NCBI GenBank assembly: GCA_047495785.1
Contig: JBLDXI010000007.1
Span: 1,550,001 to 1,614,000, forward strand
Direction of reading: 5' to 3'
Length of the DNA: 64,000 nucleotides
DNA from: Lepidodermella squamata
Lineage: Eukaryota; Animalia; Gastrotricha
Positions within the stretch are counted from its first letter, which is position 1; each line of letters starts with the position of its first letter. The position numbers were made by a program, and so were the translations under genes. Under the pieces are notes generated by a model. It saw only the letters and a program-made list of their open reading frames with translations, searched no databases and had not been told where the DNA came from. Positions 36,801-50,413 of the stretch are shown in pieces.

Positions 36801-37669
36801 TGAAGCTGCAAATGTAGCTAGCGGGACACGTCGCAATATTTTTGCCCTAGAAACGGACATTGACAGCTCAGTCGGCCAGCAATCTTGGAAAGACCCTGCT
36901 CAAGTGAGTTCAATTTAAACTTTAATCGCACATTTGAATTTTTTTTTCATTTCTAGACGCTGTACCCATCTCTGAACAAATCCGTTGTTTTGCTTTTCAC
37001 TGTTTATCGGCTGAAAGCTGACTACATTGTCCCAACAGGGTCATCGGAAAAAGATTTACTGAGACCCGGGGCGTTGCGGTCGTTATCAGAAAAGCATCTT
37101 CACATCCCACCAACCGCCGATGATCTCGAAGCTATCGCATGGGCTGTTGTTCCTATTTTCAAAAGTGAATTTTTTTGATTCTCGTCAAAATTGACTAAAT
37201 TTGTTGGTTCTAGATCACTCGGTTTTTGAGCAATTTAACCTTGTTTTGGACATGGTAGAAGGGGCGCCGCCTTCGAGTAGCGACGCTGTTCTGCCAGAAT
37301 TCGTGAAGCGAAATAATGCCCCAAAAACGAACAAAAAGTCGCCTCAACTGGTCGTATCGATCGCCGACGGCCGGCGAGCTGCTGATTTGGATGTTAACAA
37401 GCCTAAAAATAAGGATAGCTCTTCGGTAAATTTTATCAAAATTAAAACATTTTAAATAAAAAAAATCATCCACATTCTTTTTTCAGATTCGTCTGCTTCT
37501 TTCTCAGCACATTGCTAAATTAATTTCAACAGCGACTGGGCAGCAAGGTGCGCCAGATGCAGCTAGAGTGAAATGGCATGTCGACTGTTGCCTCAAGAAA
37601 GTAACCCACACTGTGATAGAAACAATCACAGCCGAAGAAAAACCAGTTCGAAGCCGAGTATTTACATGA
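30880..37669 (+). CDS. Large multi-exon uncharacterised protein with a Rab-GAP TBC-like helical region and a C2-like region
   Basis: Chain of in-frame exons separated by short introns; SWVSEGFVGVL...FAWDQF (TBC C-terminal-like) and FDFYVDGARFLPDNCTIT. Confidence 0.6.
35476..36245. mobile_element. TA-flanked Tc1/mariner-pogo-type MITE in an intron
   Basis: TA|CCGTAACGTGTGGTGATTGTGGACA ... TGTCCAAAGTTACCACTCGTTACGG|TA. A related end fragment lies at about 16125-16150. Confidence 0.8.
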
Positions 37670-37855
37670 TTTATCCACAATTTATTTACAAAAAAATTTA
37701 CAAAAATTCACCGTTTAAATTTGGAAAAAATTGCTATCAATAAAATGTGACTAAGAAAAGAGTTTGAGCGAAGACTTCTACTGCTAATTTGATATTTAGA
37801 TGCTATTCTACTAGTTATTATTTGAAAAATAATTCTGATCACGTGATGACACGGT

Positions 37856-40254
37856 TCATTGGTGCGAACCGAACCGTTTCAGCGTCTTGTCCTTATCGTC
37901 TTCCGGGATCGGAGGCAGTTTCCGGTGATGCAGAGTTGTCTCACCCGAGTGACTTGCAACAGACAACAGGGTAGGCCGGTCTGGAACTGATTCAATATCA
38001 TCAACCCCAAATTCAGCGTTACCAACTGAAAAATTAAGAGAAAAATTATAATTTTCAATTTTTTAAGGTGGGTTTTCAAAATTACTTGTAAGTGGAATAT
38101 CGCCGTAGAATCGTGGCGCTGAGTCGTCGGTTTGAATTAAATCCATAATTCTAGCCTCTTGAATGTGGCGTTGATCATCGTCCTTGACCTCTGGCAGGGT
38201 GACCTCGCCACTTTTAACCTGTTCAGCGCTGTAAATGATCGAGAAGGTTCGAAGCATGCGGTCCTTTTTATCCTCATAAGTTTCGTCGATAATCTTCGCC
38301 CCAGCCGATAGCTTGCTAAACTCGGAAATGGCTGTTTCAACACTTCCGACGTGCGAGAAGTTTTCAATGCCGATCGCCTCCAGTTGCACGCGAACTGGCT
38401 CGGCGAGGTTCGTGAAAATTAGATGCTTCTTGTGCTTGAAGGCGAGCTGCATCAACATGCGCCAAGCTTGCATTCCCGTAAAATCGATGCCGGTTACAAA
38501 TCGGCAGTCGACGACGAAGTGAATGTCAGCACTGCTTGACAATAGAGCCGTCATTCTGTCAATAAACTGGAAAAAGGGAGATGAAAAGCAAGAAAAAGCT
38601 TGGAAAAATTGCTTACCTTGTCGACCGAAGGATACTTCATTCCGTGGGAAAGTTGGACTATGGTTACCCGGCCATTGTCAGGATCCCCAATAGCCGCACC
38701 AGTAGTTATGACATCGAGTGGCTCCCGTGAAACCGAAAGATGCATGCTGACGATAGGCTTGATGAACGTTACCATGTTGATCAGGATTGCAATTACAATT
38801 CCGTAAGCCAGATCGTAGAACAGGCAGAGAAGGAACGTCAACAGGTACAGGAAGATATCAGGACGATACTGCTTCCAGATGCTAATCGCAGCGTTGTAGT
38901 CGAACAGATGGTGAACAGCCGCGATGAGAATAGCGGCGAGCGTTGCCTTAGGGACGTAGTAAAAGAGCGGGGTAAGGACGCCCAGGGTGATTACAATGAT
39001 AACAATGCTGACGATGGTACTCAGCAGCGACTTGACCTGGCACCGGTCATTCAAGGCAGTCTTAGCCGTAGCAATGGCGACTGGGTATCCCTGGATGAAG
39101 CTTTGAATGAAGTTGGAAAGACCAATTGCGACTAATTCCTGCGTCGCATCGACTCGGTAACCATTCTTACGGCCCATAGCTTTCGTGATAGCGAATGTCT
39201 CCATAATACCCATTAGAGGGATGATGATAATGCCAACACTTAGCTTGGTCATGATTTCTTGAGTGGTCTCCAAGAGTACTTCCTTCTCAACCCAAGTTCC
39301 ATTCACGCCGATGGTGTCGTTGCTAGGGACCCAGACTTTTGTCGTATTCCATAGCTCAAATCGGGGCGCTTGCGGCATAGGGAAGCCTGGTTTGATGAAA
39401 CCGACCAGGCCGAGTCTTTCTTCCGTTCCCTTTGGATCCTCGCGGTGCAATGTGTAAGCGATTGCAGTTGATCCAATAAAGACGAACACATTTCTCGCCG
39501 CTACGACAAGGCGGAGAATGGTCAACAAGATGTGCTTAACTTGCTTGCCTCGCTCTGTTGTAGGCTCCTTCATCCTGGCGACAACACAGCGTAGGAATAG
39601 ATCGTGGGCATACTCGACGAAGAGAAGAATTGCTAGTGAAACGCAACCGAATGTGACGTCCATAATGCGAATCTCAGCACGACGGTCGTAGAGATTTTTC
39701 AGCTGTTTAACAAACAGCCCAGGGCTGTCACTTGGCCCTTTACGAATTCCGACGAAAGCGCGAAGTTGAGAGGCGATGATGCTGAAGCAAGCTGCGGATG
39801 TGAATCCGGTTACGACTGGAATACTGAACAGGTTAACGATGAAGCCGAGTTTGAAGACTCCGATGAACATCATGATTAGTCCGCTGATCATCGCAAGAAT
39901 TGATGCATAGGTATTGTCACCCTGAGCTTGAAGTGGACTCAGAATACTGAACTGGCCGAGTAGCATTGATCCGATAGCAGACGGTCCGATAATCGCATCC
40001 TTACTCGATCCGAGGAAGATGTAGATGAAGGTGCAGACGAAACTGCTGTACAAGCCGAATTCAGGCCTGAGATAGGCCAATTGGGCGTAAGCGAGGGAGA
40101 TGGGCAGCAAGGTGCATCCAACCGTGAAACCAGCGATTATGTCGTAAGGAATGAAAGACGGCTTGTATTGAGGCAACCATTTGCAGATGGGGACCGCATC
40201 CTTAACCCAGGCCTTAGGGTCGCTTCTGATTTGCCTGATGAACTTGAAGACCAT
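37856..40254 (-). CDS. SLC26A11: SLC26/SulP anion transporter with STAS domain (SLC26A11-like), 3 exons
   Basis: DIIAGFTVG...LAYAQLAYL...FGLYSSF, DATQELVAIG, STAS DCRFVTGIDFTG. Last exon 37856-38025 is open in frame. Confidence 0.9.
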
Positions 40255-41659
40255 GCAAAAGTTGTTAGGTTGTAGATTTTTTTTCGAAAAATGTGGAATG
40301 ATAACCCAACTGGATGGTTTGGCGCCTTTTTATAGCTTCGCGGCTGTTGACTCAGCCAATGTTTGTTTTTTTCGGGGTTAACAAAAAGATAATTATCTCA
40401 CGGTTTGTACGTCCATGTTTTCTAGCTTGTATATACCTAATGACGTGGGCATTCTTTTGTTTTAGCCCGCGTTGCCCTGCGGCATTGACACCTGGCCTAA
40501 GATGGAAAGATAAAAACATGCATTAATCACTGTGACTTTCATCTAGAAAGATCGGCCTCGTGAAGCAATTTGTAGCCAACATTGTCTGCCGACTAATGAT
40601 TACACGAACCTTTTTAGCACCTGAAACGTTCTCGAATTTTTTGACGTCAAATTTAAAGCGTGTTCTAGAAACTTTAGACTTAAAACTGCTGGGAATATAA
40701 ACGATAATTAGTCGCCAAATTGATGAAAAATCAGTGCGATGAATCATTTGATGAGACGAAAGCTAAGGGAAGTTATTCTGGACGTGGTGACGTTACCAAG
40801 GACATCTGTTTACGTCATTTCAACACCTAAGCAGTTGTGAATCATAAACCAAAATAACAGTTAAAATTGAACAGCGAAACTTCGTAGCGTGATTCACTCT
40901 TTTGTTTACTGAAGTAATAATATCAATAGCATAAGCCATAAGCGAAAGCTGCAAACCTGAACAACAAGCCGCGATAATCTGGTTCCTTTTCGAAATTTCA
41001 GCTGGACGTATTGGTAGGTACTACATATGTCCATGAATCCTCATCCCTAGGTGTCAACACACCTGTAAATTGTCCTCAATCCTGTTTAATTGCCATGAAG
41101 CACTCTTTGGAGGTAAAGCAAGCGAAAGTTTGGCTGGGATGGCTATTTTATGAATTTTTAAGTATTTTAGCTCGTTTCAGCCCGTTGATGACTCTCAGAG
41201 GCATATCTGCAGTAAAAATGATCTACATTCAGTTGCGATTCAGTTACAGCGTAACCGCCTTTCAGCAAAATTGCGGATAGCTAAACAAATTACGAATACT
41301 TCGATCCATATCGCTACTATGACGTTTCAACAGCGACATCACAGCAGCATGAGGTGAGAACAGGTTACGGCTTATTACAATCCCAACATGAAGTTTTTCC
41401 GGGAAAGCCACCTCAAATCGTCAGATTTGTCCGATCCCCTATTTTGCTTGTTTTTACAGTGGAAAAAACGAAACCCACTCGAACTTTGCGGATTGTAATT
41501 GAAATCTGCACATAGACTCCACCTTTAGTCCGACCTCACCCAAATCAGGCCAAACCGGGAGTCTGTTTTTCAACTGGTTCCCACCTCTGAATTCAGCATT
41601 TTGGCTCGTTTTAGTTATGACAGGTAAAATGGTCATCTTTAATTTGCGAACTGCTTGGT

Positions 41660-42065
41660 TCTACGACATTTCAGCTAAGCCCGACTTTTCAGCCATCGAC
41701 AATTCAGCTTAACTCTTTGAACATTTTAATTTATATTTTAATTAACTGAAAACGTCATTTCAGCTCAGCCATACGCAGCTACGCAGTTTTAAAATGGACA
41801 ATCAATAATGTAACATCAATCAATCAATGGTTCGAGAGGGCGCCCGGGAACCACGGCTTCCTGAACCGCGCCATATAAACACTATAACATCCAACTTGGT
41901 TCGGTCTGGGTCTGATCTTTCCCCGGCGCCCTCTCGAACCATTTGATTGATATTAGGTAATTAATTTCCCACATTAATTCATGTTGGCTGAGTTTTTGCT
42001 GAGTTGTCGTTAGCTGAAATGTCGCGGCTGAGTTGTTGTGGATGAGTTGTCGTTGGCTGATATAC
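41660..42065. mobile_element. Inverted-repeat element containing a nested ~130-bp hairpin (41819-41951)
   Basis: Outer gacatttcagct/agctgaaatgtc repeats; inner caatcaatggttcgagagggcgcc pairs with ggcgccctctcgaaccatttgattg. Confidence 0.65.
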
Positions 42066-42392
42066 GCACTATACGCACTGCTTTACTAACCTTATAAGAA
42101 CGTTTTGAGGCAAACTAGTCTATACCTAAAATCTATCACCTAATGCTTCCTTCTTAAATTATATTAACCTCCTGAGCTTGATCCAGTTCTTTATTTTCCT
42201 AGCGGTAAATAATAATTGGTCATCATTCATTATTTTTATTATTTATTAAGCCGCGGAGTGAAAAAATATATCGCAACAGTAGAAAATTCATGCTGTAAGC
42301 CATTTTATCCGCGTACATTATAATATTTCCAGAAAGAATAACAAGGAGAGGCAGCTTAAGCATGCGGTGTACAAGAAAAACCAGCATCAGGT

Positions 42393-43767
42393 TCAGGAAA
42401 TTGTGCAACTTTGGCGAAAACGCTGTTTAAGCGCCGCGTTAAGGGCAATTTCGATGACCTCGTGAACGCCTTTTCCAGTTAACGATGAGCATTCGACGTA
42501 GGAAGCTGCACGGATGCTTTTTGCGAATCTCACGGCTTGGTCTTGAGTGATGACACCTTGCTCATTTTTCGAACTTATTTCTCGAATGTCGCTCTTCAGC
42601 CCAACCAGAACCATAGGAATATGCTGCTTTTTTATCCGCTTGCGAATCTAAAAATAAAAAATTCACGAAATTAATCGTTTGCCCAGTTTTCAATTTCGAA
42701 ACTCGTTTTTTGTTAAAATATTTTTCAAGAATTTTCGACAAATTTCATGGAAAAATGGTCAAATTCCCGCCCTTGGAAATGAATGGATATTTTAGACTTT
42801 TATCGAAAAAAATCGAATGAAAACAGTAAATTCATGTAGCGCACGATTGCTCTGAATCAGCGGTATGTGAAAATTTAAATTTGACTGAAATTAGCTTAGA
42901 ATTAATGTAGCGTGTCCTATAAAAGCAATTAAATTCGGAGAAAATAGGACCAACTGAAAGTTACCGAACCAATTACTATCGGGTTTTTTCCGGTAAATTC
43001 AATTTTTTTCTATGAAATCGTGGATAGTGGATGTAATATAATCCGTGTATTTAATATTGTACAAAAATATTACTCAAATATTTTTTGCATAAATTATATG
43101 GGACAACGGAGGTTCAAGTGGGACAACACGATTTGTCACCTTTTGTGCATGATATTTTGCTATAAAATCGAGGGTTTACATTTTGGGCGATGAAAACTAC
43201 TAAAACAAATGTAAAAATTTAATTTTAAATTTATAGTAAAATTAAAAATTAAAAATTCAGTTTTTTCTAATTTTCCAGGTTCGAATAACATAGTTTTGTC
43301 TAAAACATTGTTATTCGATATAGGCCTTTCAAGATTTCCCCACGAACCTCGTCTACTAATTGTTCTCGAAGGTGATCAAACGTGACCGGTGAATCGATAG
43401 CAAAACATAGCAGAAAGACGTCGACATCATCGATAGGCAGCGCGTGGTGTTCCTTATCGAGAAGGCTCGGCATATCATGCATATCCAACACGCCCTTGTG
43501 ATGCGAACCATCAAAGGAGATTTTAAAATTTTCAACCGAGGTCAGGTAAAAGTCCTCAATGTAGTGGTTATCCGCCACCGTTTTCATCATCGCTGTTTTG
43601 CCCGTTGAAGTGTCACCAACTGCAGCTAATTTGATGACCAAATCGTTGTTATCTTGCGGCTATAAAAAAAATCAAATAAATTTCGAAAAATTCCGCCTTA
43701 AAATGCTCACCTTGTGCAGAGCCGCAAATTTTATTGGCGAATGACTCACATTGCTGTAAATTGCCAT
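42393..43767 (-). CDS. Atypical Rho-family small GTPase, 3 exons (43711-43767, about 43349-43659, 42393-42647)
   Basis: GDTSTGKT, DVFLLCFAIDSP, LVGLKSD, YVECSS, CAAX CTIS. Confidence 0.85.
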
Positions 43768-45633
43768 ATTTATTTTCTGCCTCGAAGTCTAGAAAATAAT
43801 GAGATTTAAATATAATCAACATAGGACACAGGTGAGAATACATATTTCTACTTTCGGACACTATAGCGGTCTATGATTTAATAATTAAGTTGTTTACGCG
43901 AAAAAACAGGCTCAACTCATGGGCGAAACAAACTCATGACAGCAATTAAAATGCGACAAAAAATGAATGTTTAGGTGGTATTTTAGCAGGTAAACGTGAC
44001 TGCGCATTTTTAAATGATCAGTTGAACTAGAAAAACAGAAAAAACTAGGCGAAAATGGGCGAAATTATAGGTACGCATGAAATCAACGTCATATAAGTAG
44101 AGATTGTAAGTAATGTCCTTCCTTTCGCCCTAATTTTCTAACCAGGGTATGAAAGGGAAAAAATCAGATAAAAATACCGCCCAGATGGCCTCATCCACGG
44201 TGAAAATGAGGGAGTAAGTGAGGTAGGAACTAACATGTTTCACAACCGTAAAACTACCCACTACCCACCCCTCCTCATTAGTAGCCCGAAGTGTAAACAA
44301 CCCCAGTGTGGGGTTCCGATACGGGCGTAATCACCCCTTCGTTTAAAATAAAATACTGTTCTCTATGTGGCAGCAATTCTGTTTGTGTGTGAGGAAGGGT
44401 AGTAAAGTCATTTTTTCCTACATTTTCGAGCATTTTTTTAATTAATTTTAATTTTTTTCAATTTTTCAATATATAAAGTCATCACATTTACTTTGCCTAG
44501 GAAATTAAAAAATTGGCGAGAGGTTTAATTTTTTTAATTAGCCAAGCCGCTTATTCACTGGAATAGGGTGAATTTCAGCGGAATTGAATTGCTTAAAAGT
44601 TTGGATTTCCTAATTAAAAGGTGTTGGCATCCGGTAATCAGGGTAAACTTTGAATTCACGCTTCGTCAAATAGCGCAACAACAGTGCTTTTTTGGAAAAC
44701 GTAACTTAGGGAGCGGAGTAGGTTGTGAAAGCTAATGAGAAATTCAGGCCTCGATGTTGATTATTATTTACTCAACTCGCGCCTCCATTTTTGTAATAAT
44801 TTTTTTCTACGCGCAACTCAGTGAATCGTGTGCCTTATTGTATATGAAAGCTAAAACCTGGCCGGTTCAGATTTCAAGAAGAAAATATACTATTATATAC
44901 GAGCCGGCTTACGAAGACGTAGTTTGCTAAGAAGTGGTAAAGAGTGTGTTCCAAAAACTAATCCCAGGTAAAATACCCGACACGATCAATGCCATCAAAG
45001 CTGTTACTATTGGCTAACAAAAATTGACAGTTGAAGGACATTTCTAGGACGGAACCACTCGTAAAAATATATCATATATATAGAGTATAGAGCCAAATCA
45101 AATGAATGCCAATCATTCGAGTTCATTGTTATTGATTTTAGCCGCCAGAAATACTATTTACCTTATGCTTCCGCAACCCGTGACTATATTGGCTTATATC
45201 ATAGTCAAGTACTATAGGAAAATGTTCAGTCCACCAGATTAAATTATAAAAATTTAAATTTAATATAAATATTTCGAAGAAATATTAAATTTTATTAATT
45301 TTTCAATTGAATTATTTAATTAATTATTATCTTTTTTTAACAATTTAAAAAAAATTAACGAAATTGTCCATAAATAATATCGATATCATCGATTGAAAAT
45401 ATTTGTTTTTTTATCAAAAGCCGTCGTTAATTTTTAAAGCAATCTATTGAGACCAGAGTAGGACCCAAGTTCGACCCTCGCAACCCATGAAATCGATACC
45501 ATGTATTGATTGGAACAGAGAGGGCCATCAATAATTCAAGTACATCGTCACTACGTTTCTATCATGGAGTGCGCAGTTTAAAACATTTTGTCAGCCTTGA
45601 TTGAAATCTACACCTTAGCTACAGCTGTGCCTA

Positions 45634-46446
45634 ATGTCGGAGGTAATATGGAAAGAGAAAGATGCCGAGACGTTGTCTTTCTTCTCCGAACCCGTCGACA
45701 GATTCAGATCAGCCCACCATCGAGAGCGGAAATCTTCGTGCAAAAAAATTGTCTATAGCTCTCAGGTTGAAAAATCATTCGAAGGCTTTACGAAATCAAT
45801 GATTTTCAGCCTTTTATCGGCCTGGCGCCGGCTAGCTGAGCCGTCGAGAAAATCGCGGAAAGCAACCCTACTACGTCTTCAAGAAGCCTTCCAGCTCGAG
45901 GCCTTTCAAAGCGTCGACGCCTGCATTCAATTCGCAATGAACTCGCCGACTCTGCCGCGAATTTGCAGCGTAATCGGCCTTCTATTGCCGAAATATCGCC
46001 GCCATTTCGTCCAGGCGATAAATGGCTGGGGAGATATTGCTCACAGCTACGAAATAAATAAACGCGAAAGGCTGTTATCAATCATTCGACTTCAGACTAA
46101 TTTATCGAAGAAGAGTCGAGATGTTGAGAATCGCCGATTCATCGCTTTAGCAACTCAAGCGAGTCTAGATTTCGACGATTTCGCCTATTCGTTGGGTTCG
46201 ATCATAGCTAATCAAGTCGAGGAAATCGTTCATGCTAGTCGGGGTTTGACCTACGATCGGCCTGCTGCTCGCAGGAATAATTTTGAAGGCTCAACTACGT
46301 CGATTCTACCGCCTATTCAGTGGGGTTGGCAGCGAAATTGCGAGAATTGTTCCCGGCCTGGTCACCTGGCATCTCGGTGTCCTGATGTACCGGTTTGTAA
46401 TAAATGCAAAAGAACTGGCCATATTACTACAGACTGCTGGACCTGA
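45634..46446 (+). CDS. Intronless Gag-like protein with two CCHC zinc knuckles
   Basis: CENCSRPGHLASRC and CNKCKRTGHITTDC after a predicted helical region; no pol follows. Confidence 0.6.
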   Translation: MSEVIWKEKDAETLSFFSEPVDRFRSAHHRERKSSCKKIVYSSQVEKSFEGFTKSMIFSLLSAWRRLAEPSRKSRKATLLRLQEAFQLEAFQSVDACIQFAMNSPTLPRICSVIGLLLPKYRRHFVQAINGWGDIAHSYEINKRERLLSIIRLQTNLSKKSRDVENRRFIALATQASLDFDDFAYSLGSIIANQVEEIVHASRGLTYDRPAARRNNFEGSTTSILPPIQWGWQRNCENCSRPGHLASRCPDVPVCNKCKRTGHITTDCWT

Positions 46447-47084
46447 AATTTGTTTTTTAGCTAATTTTAAAAATTTGGGAAATTTCGTTTTGTTTAAATT
46501 TTGAAATTTCTCGAGAACCCTTTGATTTTGTTGGGAATGGCTATAGCTTTTATGAATTTGACCTGAATAGTTGTGTTGATGACCTACATTTTCGAAATTT
46601 TAAAACACTACGGACAGCCTTTCAAAGCGTCAATTTCCATGCATTAATATGAATGACCCAGGTGAGAATTGTGAGCAATAAAAGATTGAGGGCATTAAGA
46701 GTTTTATGAATATAAGGAAATTTTATACGGTAATGAAACTAATGGCGACAAATGCGTCGGAAGCTAGGACGCCTTATCTTAGCGTTTTGTTTTGCATACC
46801 GGTTAGCGAGTTGTCTTGAGGACAAAAGCAGCTCATTAAAGATAAAGAAAAACTCACAACCGCGAGGCATTTTTAGCTTGATATTAAAACCAGAGGCAGC
46901 CTGGGGCTATTAATTATCAATTATTAAATTCTTTATTCCTTGGTCGGCTGGATCGTTTAGTAAAATGAGAACGGGAAATAATTATTTCATACATTTTTTC
47001 CGAGTTTATTCCCTTGCCTGATGTTGCTGAAAATGGATAAAAGAAATTATTGAATTGAAGCCAAAATGTTGTCGAAAAGCTTAG

Positions 47085-49593
47085 TTATTTTGATTTTTTC
47101 GCTGTAATCAATCGACTGAAACTATTCGAAGCAGAATTGCCAAGCTTGCCAGCAGAATCGGGAAGGTAACGCCTGGTAACAGCCGAGTTGAAGAATTCAC
47201 TTTTTGCGCTGTTGTCGAGACTTTGCGAGCCGGGAAATCGAAGAAAAATTCCGCCGTTCCCCAGAACTCGAAGTTGAACCCTTTGCTGCCTTAATTTAAC
47301 AACTTGCTGAGCAATATCTTCCAGGCTTTGATCTTCAGGTGTTTCGACGTCCGGAATCGAAAGTTGAGCAGTCGAAACATTAGGCATTTGAGCCCCGTTT
47401 TGCCCCAATTTGCCTAGAAAGAAGAAATAAATTATAAACAAGTAAAATTCGCAAAAATTAAAATTGTACCCAGAGGGATCGAAAAAGTTGGAGATCCAGC
47501 ATTATTTTGCGATGAACTCGGAATTGACGGCTGGTTGGAAATCGGGCCAGGGATTAATGGTGATTTAGTGGAAACCATGCTGCCCAAAACAACTGAACTA
47601 GAACTGCTCGGATTGGCCTGACCAGAGTTCTGACTTTTCAATTCCAGGGGAGAATTAGGTTTTGCTGGATTCAATCCTGGAATATCACAATAATTGTCCA
47701 ATTTCTTATCAATTTTTCAATTTTCAACTCACCTTGATCGTTTTGCTGTTTCGAAGCCGCGAGATCAGCCAGGTGCGTTTGAACGAAATTCGTCAAATTT
47801 TTCGCCTCCTGCTTCGTCATCATAATCACGCCATTTTCATTACCATTTTTAGTAGAATTGATCAATTTAAGCAGATTTGGATCTGTCGCGCTTGATTTAC
47901 CGTCAGTTTCAGGAGCGACCAGTAGTAAATTCGTGAAATTCTTCGGGATGAACGACAGGTTCGAACTCAAATTGTTGTTATTCACGACGACAATCATAGT
48001 TCCAGCAGCCGCTGCTGCGGCACTAACAGGCGGCGGGTCTCGGGTGTTGTTCAAATTGGTCACGCTGAGTAGGATAGGTTCAGACTTCCCAGACGCATTA
48101 TTAGGCGCCATCATTACGGCTACAACAGCAGCGGATGAGTTAGACCCAAGGCCATTGCTATCATTCTGGATTAGACTGGTTTTGATTGGGATTTGCTTGG
48201 CAGCTGGTAAACTGGGTGATTCGGGGGCTGTCGAAGCAGGTGGAGTCGCTGCAGAAGTCAAGCGTACTGTTGTAGTTTCTAAAATTAAAATCGAACTTTT
48301 TAAAAATTTTGAATTTTTAAATACATTTTAATTTTAATTTTTAAAATTTTGAATTTTGATGAAAAAATTGAATTTTCTTCTCCCACCTGTGGTAGCTGAT
48401 GTGGCTGGGGTCAACTTCGGAGCTTCCGTAGCAGCAGTCTCTTTTTTCTGAGCCTCAGTCTCTGCTTTTTGTGTTGATTTAGCCACTTCTGAAGCCGCTG
48501 GCGGGGTTGACTTGACAGAATCACTTGCTTGATTATTCGAAACAGCTGGATTTCCTAGAACAATGGTCACCTTGGAAGGTACAGCTGGGGTCGAACCCTG
48601 TTTGGCTGAACTGGCCATTGTAGGAGTTGAGTGATGGGCCTTTTCATCCGATTTCCCTGTCGACCCAGCCGCTGCTGCGTTTCCTAGCAATCCATGCTTC
48701 GTTGAACCTCCAGACGGAGCTGGGGAAGATTTAGACCCACTCGCAGTGCTTTGACCAGCTTTGCCAATTGAACCGGAATGTGGGGTCGATTTTCCAGGGA
48801 CTGGACTGGAACCTGAATGGGCGTTTCCAAGTTTCGGAACTTCAGGAGTTCCGGCCTTACCCGATCCAGTTGTCGCCTTGGCCGTACTGCCACCGGCCTT
48901 TTGAGTACTTTGACCTGGTTTCAAAGTGGTACCTGATACATGAGCGTTTCCCATCTTCGGAATTTCAGCCGAGTTAGTTTTAGTGGATCCACTGGAAGGT
49001 TTAGCAGTAGAACCGGCAGGCTTGCCACTTGGTGTTGTCCCAGCCTGTTTTTGAGTACTGCCTGGTTTCGAGGTGGAACCTAAAGCGACCTGGGCATTTC
49101 CAAGCTTCGGCATATCAACCTTGGTCGAAGCACCCGAGTTCGGTGTAGTTCGAATCGAAGATCCAGAACTTACTGGCTTGGCGGTTGAGCCGGTCTGAAC
49201 CTTGGCATTTCCAAGTTTCGGGACTTCAACCGAGCTAGCTTTCGTTGATCCACCCGAGGAACCCTTCTGGGTGGTTCCACCAGCTGTTTTCATTGAACTT
49301 GCTGGCTTTTGGGTGGAGCTAGGCAATACTTGAGCATTGCCTAGCTTTATCGGGACTTCATTTCCTTTTGGCTTACTGCTAGTACCCGTTGCTACCGATT
49401 TTGTGGTGGAGGCTGCTTTGGAAGTTGAACCAACTTTTAAAGGGGTGGCCACCGCTCTTTTCTCGCGAATCAAATCAGTCGAAAATGCTATGAAAAAAAT
49501 ATTTAAGCCTTGAGTTTTTTTGTGATTTTTTCATAATATACCTGAATGATAGCAGCTGATTGTTAGTATTACGAAAATATAAGATAAATACAT
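47085..49593 (-). CDS. Secreted Ser/Thr/Gly/Lys-rich mucin-like protein with KLGNA repeats, about 5 exons
   Basis: Signal-peptide exon MYLSYIFVILTISCYHS, REKR site, low-complexity exons joined by short introns. Confidence 0.65.
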
Positions 49594-50413
49594 CTGAAAT
49601 TTCCGGCCGATGAAAAAATACTAACCGATTTGAGGCCAATCTGGTGCCCTTTGATCATTTAAATATTCCGACCCGTCTGGGCCTAACCGATTATTGAGGT
49701 GCGTGCGCGCTTAATTGCAGGTAATTACATTTATTGATTTCGCACCTGGTTCAGGAACGATTTTTTCGCCTTTGCGATGATGCGCTGATGCGATGATGAT
49801 CACGTGACTGATGATGCTATGAAAAAAGACCTTGTCATGTACATGTAGCATGGCGGCAAGTTGGATTATGGATTGTTAGCTAGGAAATGCGCCTTAAAGT
49901 TCTGAAAATATTTACTCAGCCAACAGATGTGCTAAAATTGATATTGATATCCACTGCGACTTAACGCTGCTTTCTGCCTCGGTTTATATTTATGTTTTTC
50001 TTAGTTTTTGCTGGGGCATGTGCGATTTAAAAATTATTCCGTGATTTTTATCAGATTATACAGGCTAATAAACGGAACAAACTTCGAGAATAACACCACT
50101 CGATCTATGACTCGCCAGTATTTCTTTTCCTGATAAACTACGCCATTGCTGTGGTGACCAACAAATTCCTCAATTCGTAATACTTGACTGTAGTAATAGC
50201 ATATGTTCGGTCATCATCGATTAACTGTTCATTCGAATTCGTATCTCAATCATCCTATTTCCCTATATAGTATTTTGCTCGCACTCTGGCCGCGACACTG
50301 GCTAGTTATGCACCTCAAGTGGAAAGAACTTGAATACTTTATACCTTTAATATACTAGGTCATTATCAGAAACAGCAGTTTAATCGCATGAATTGAGTTT
50401 AAAATCATAGAAT

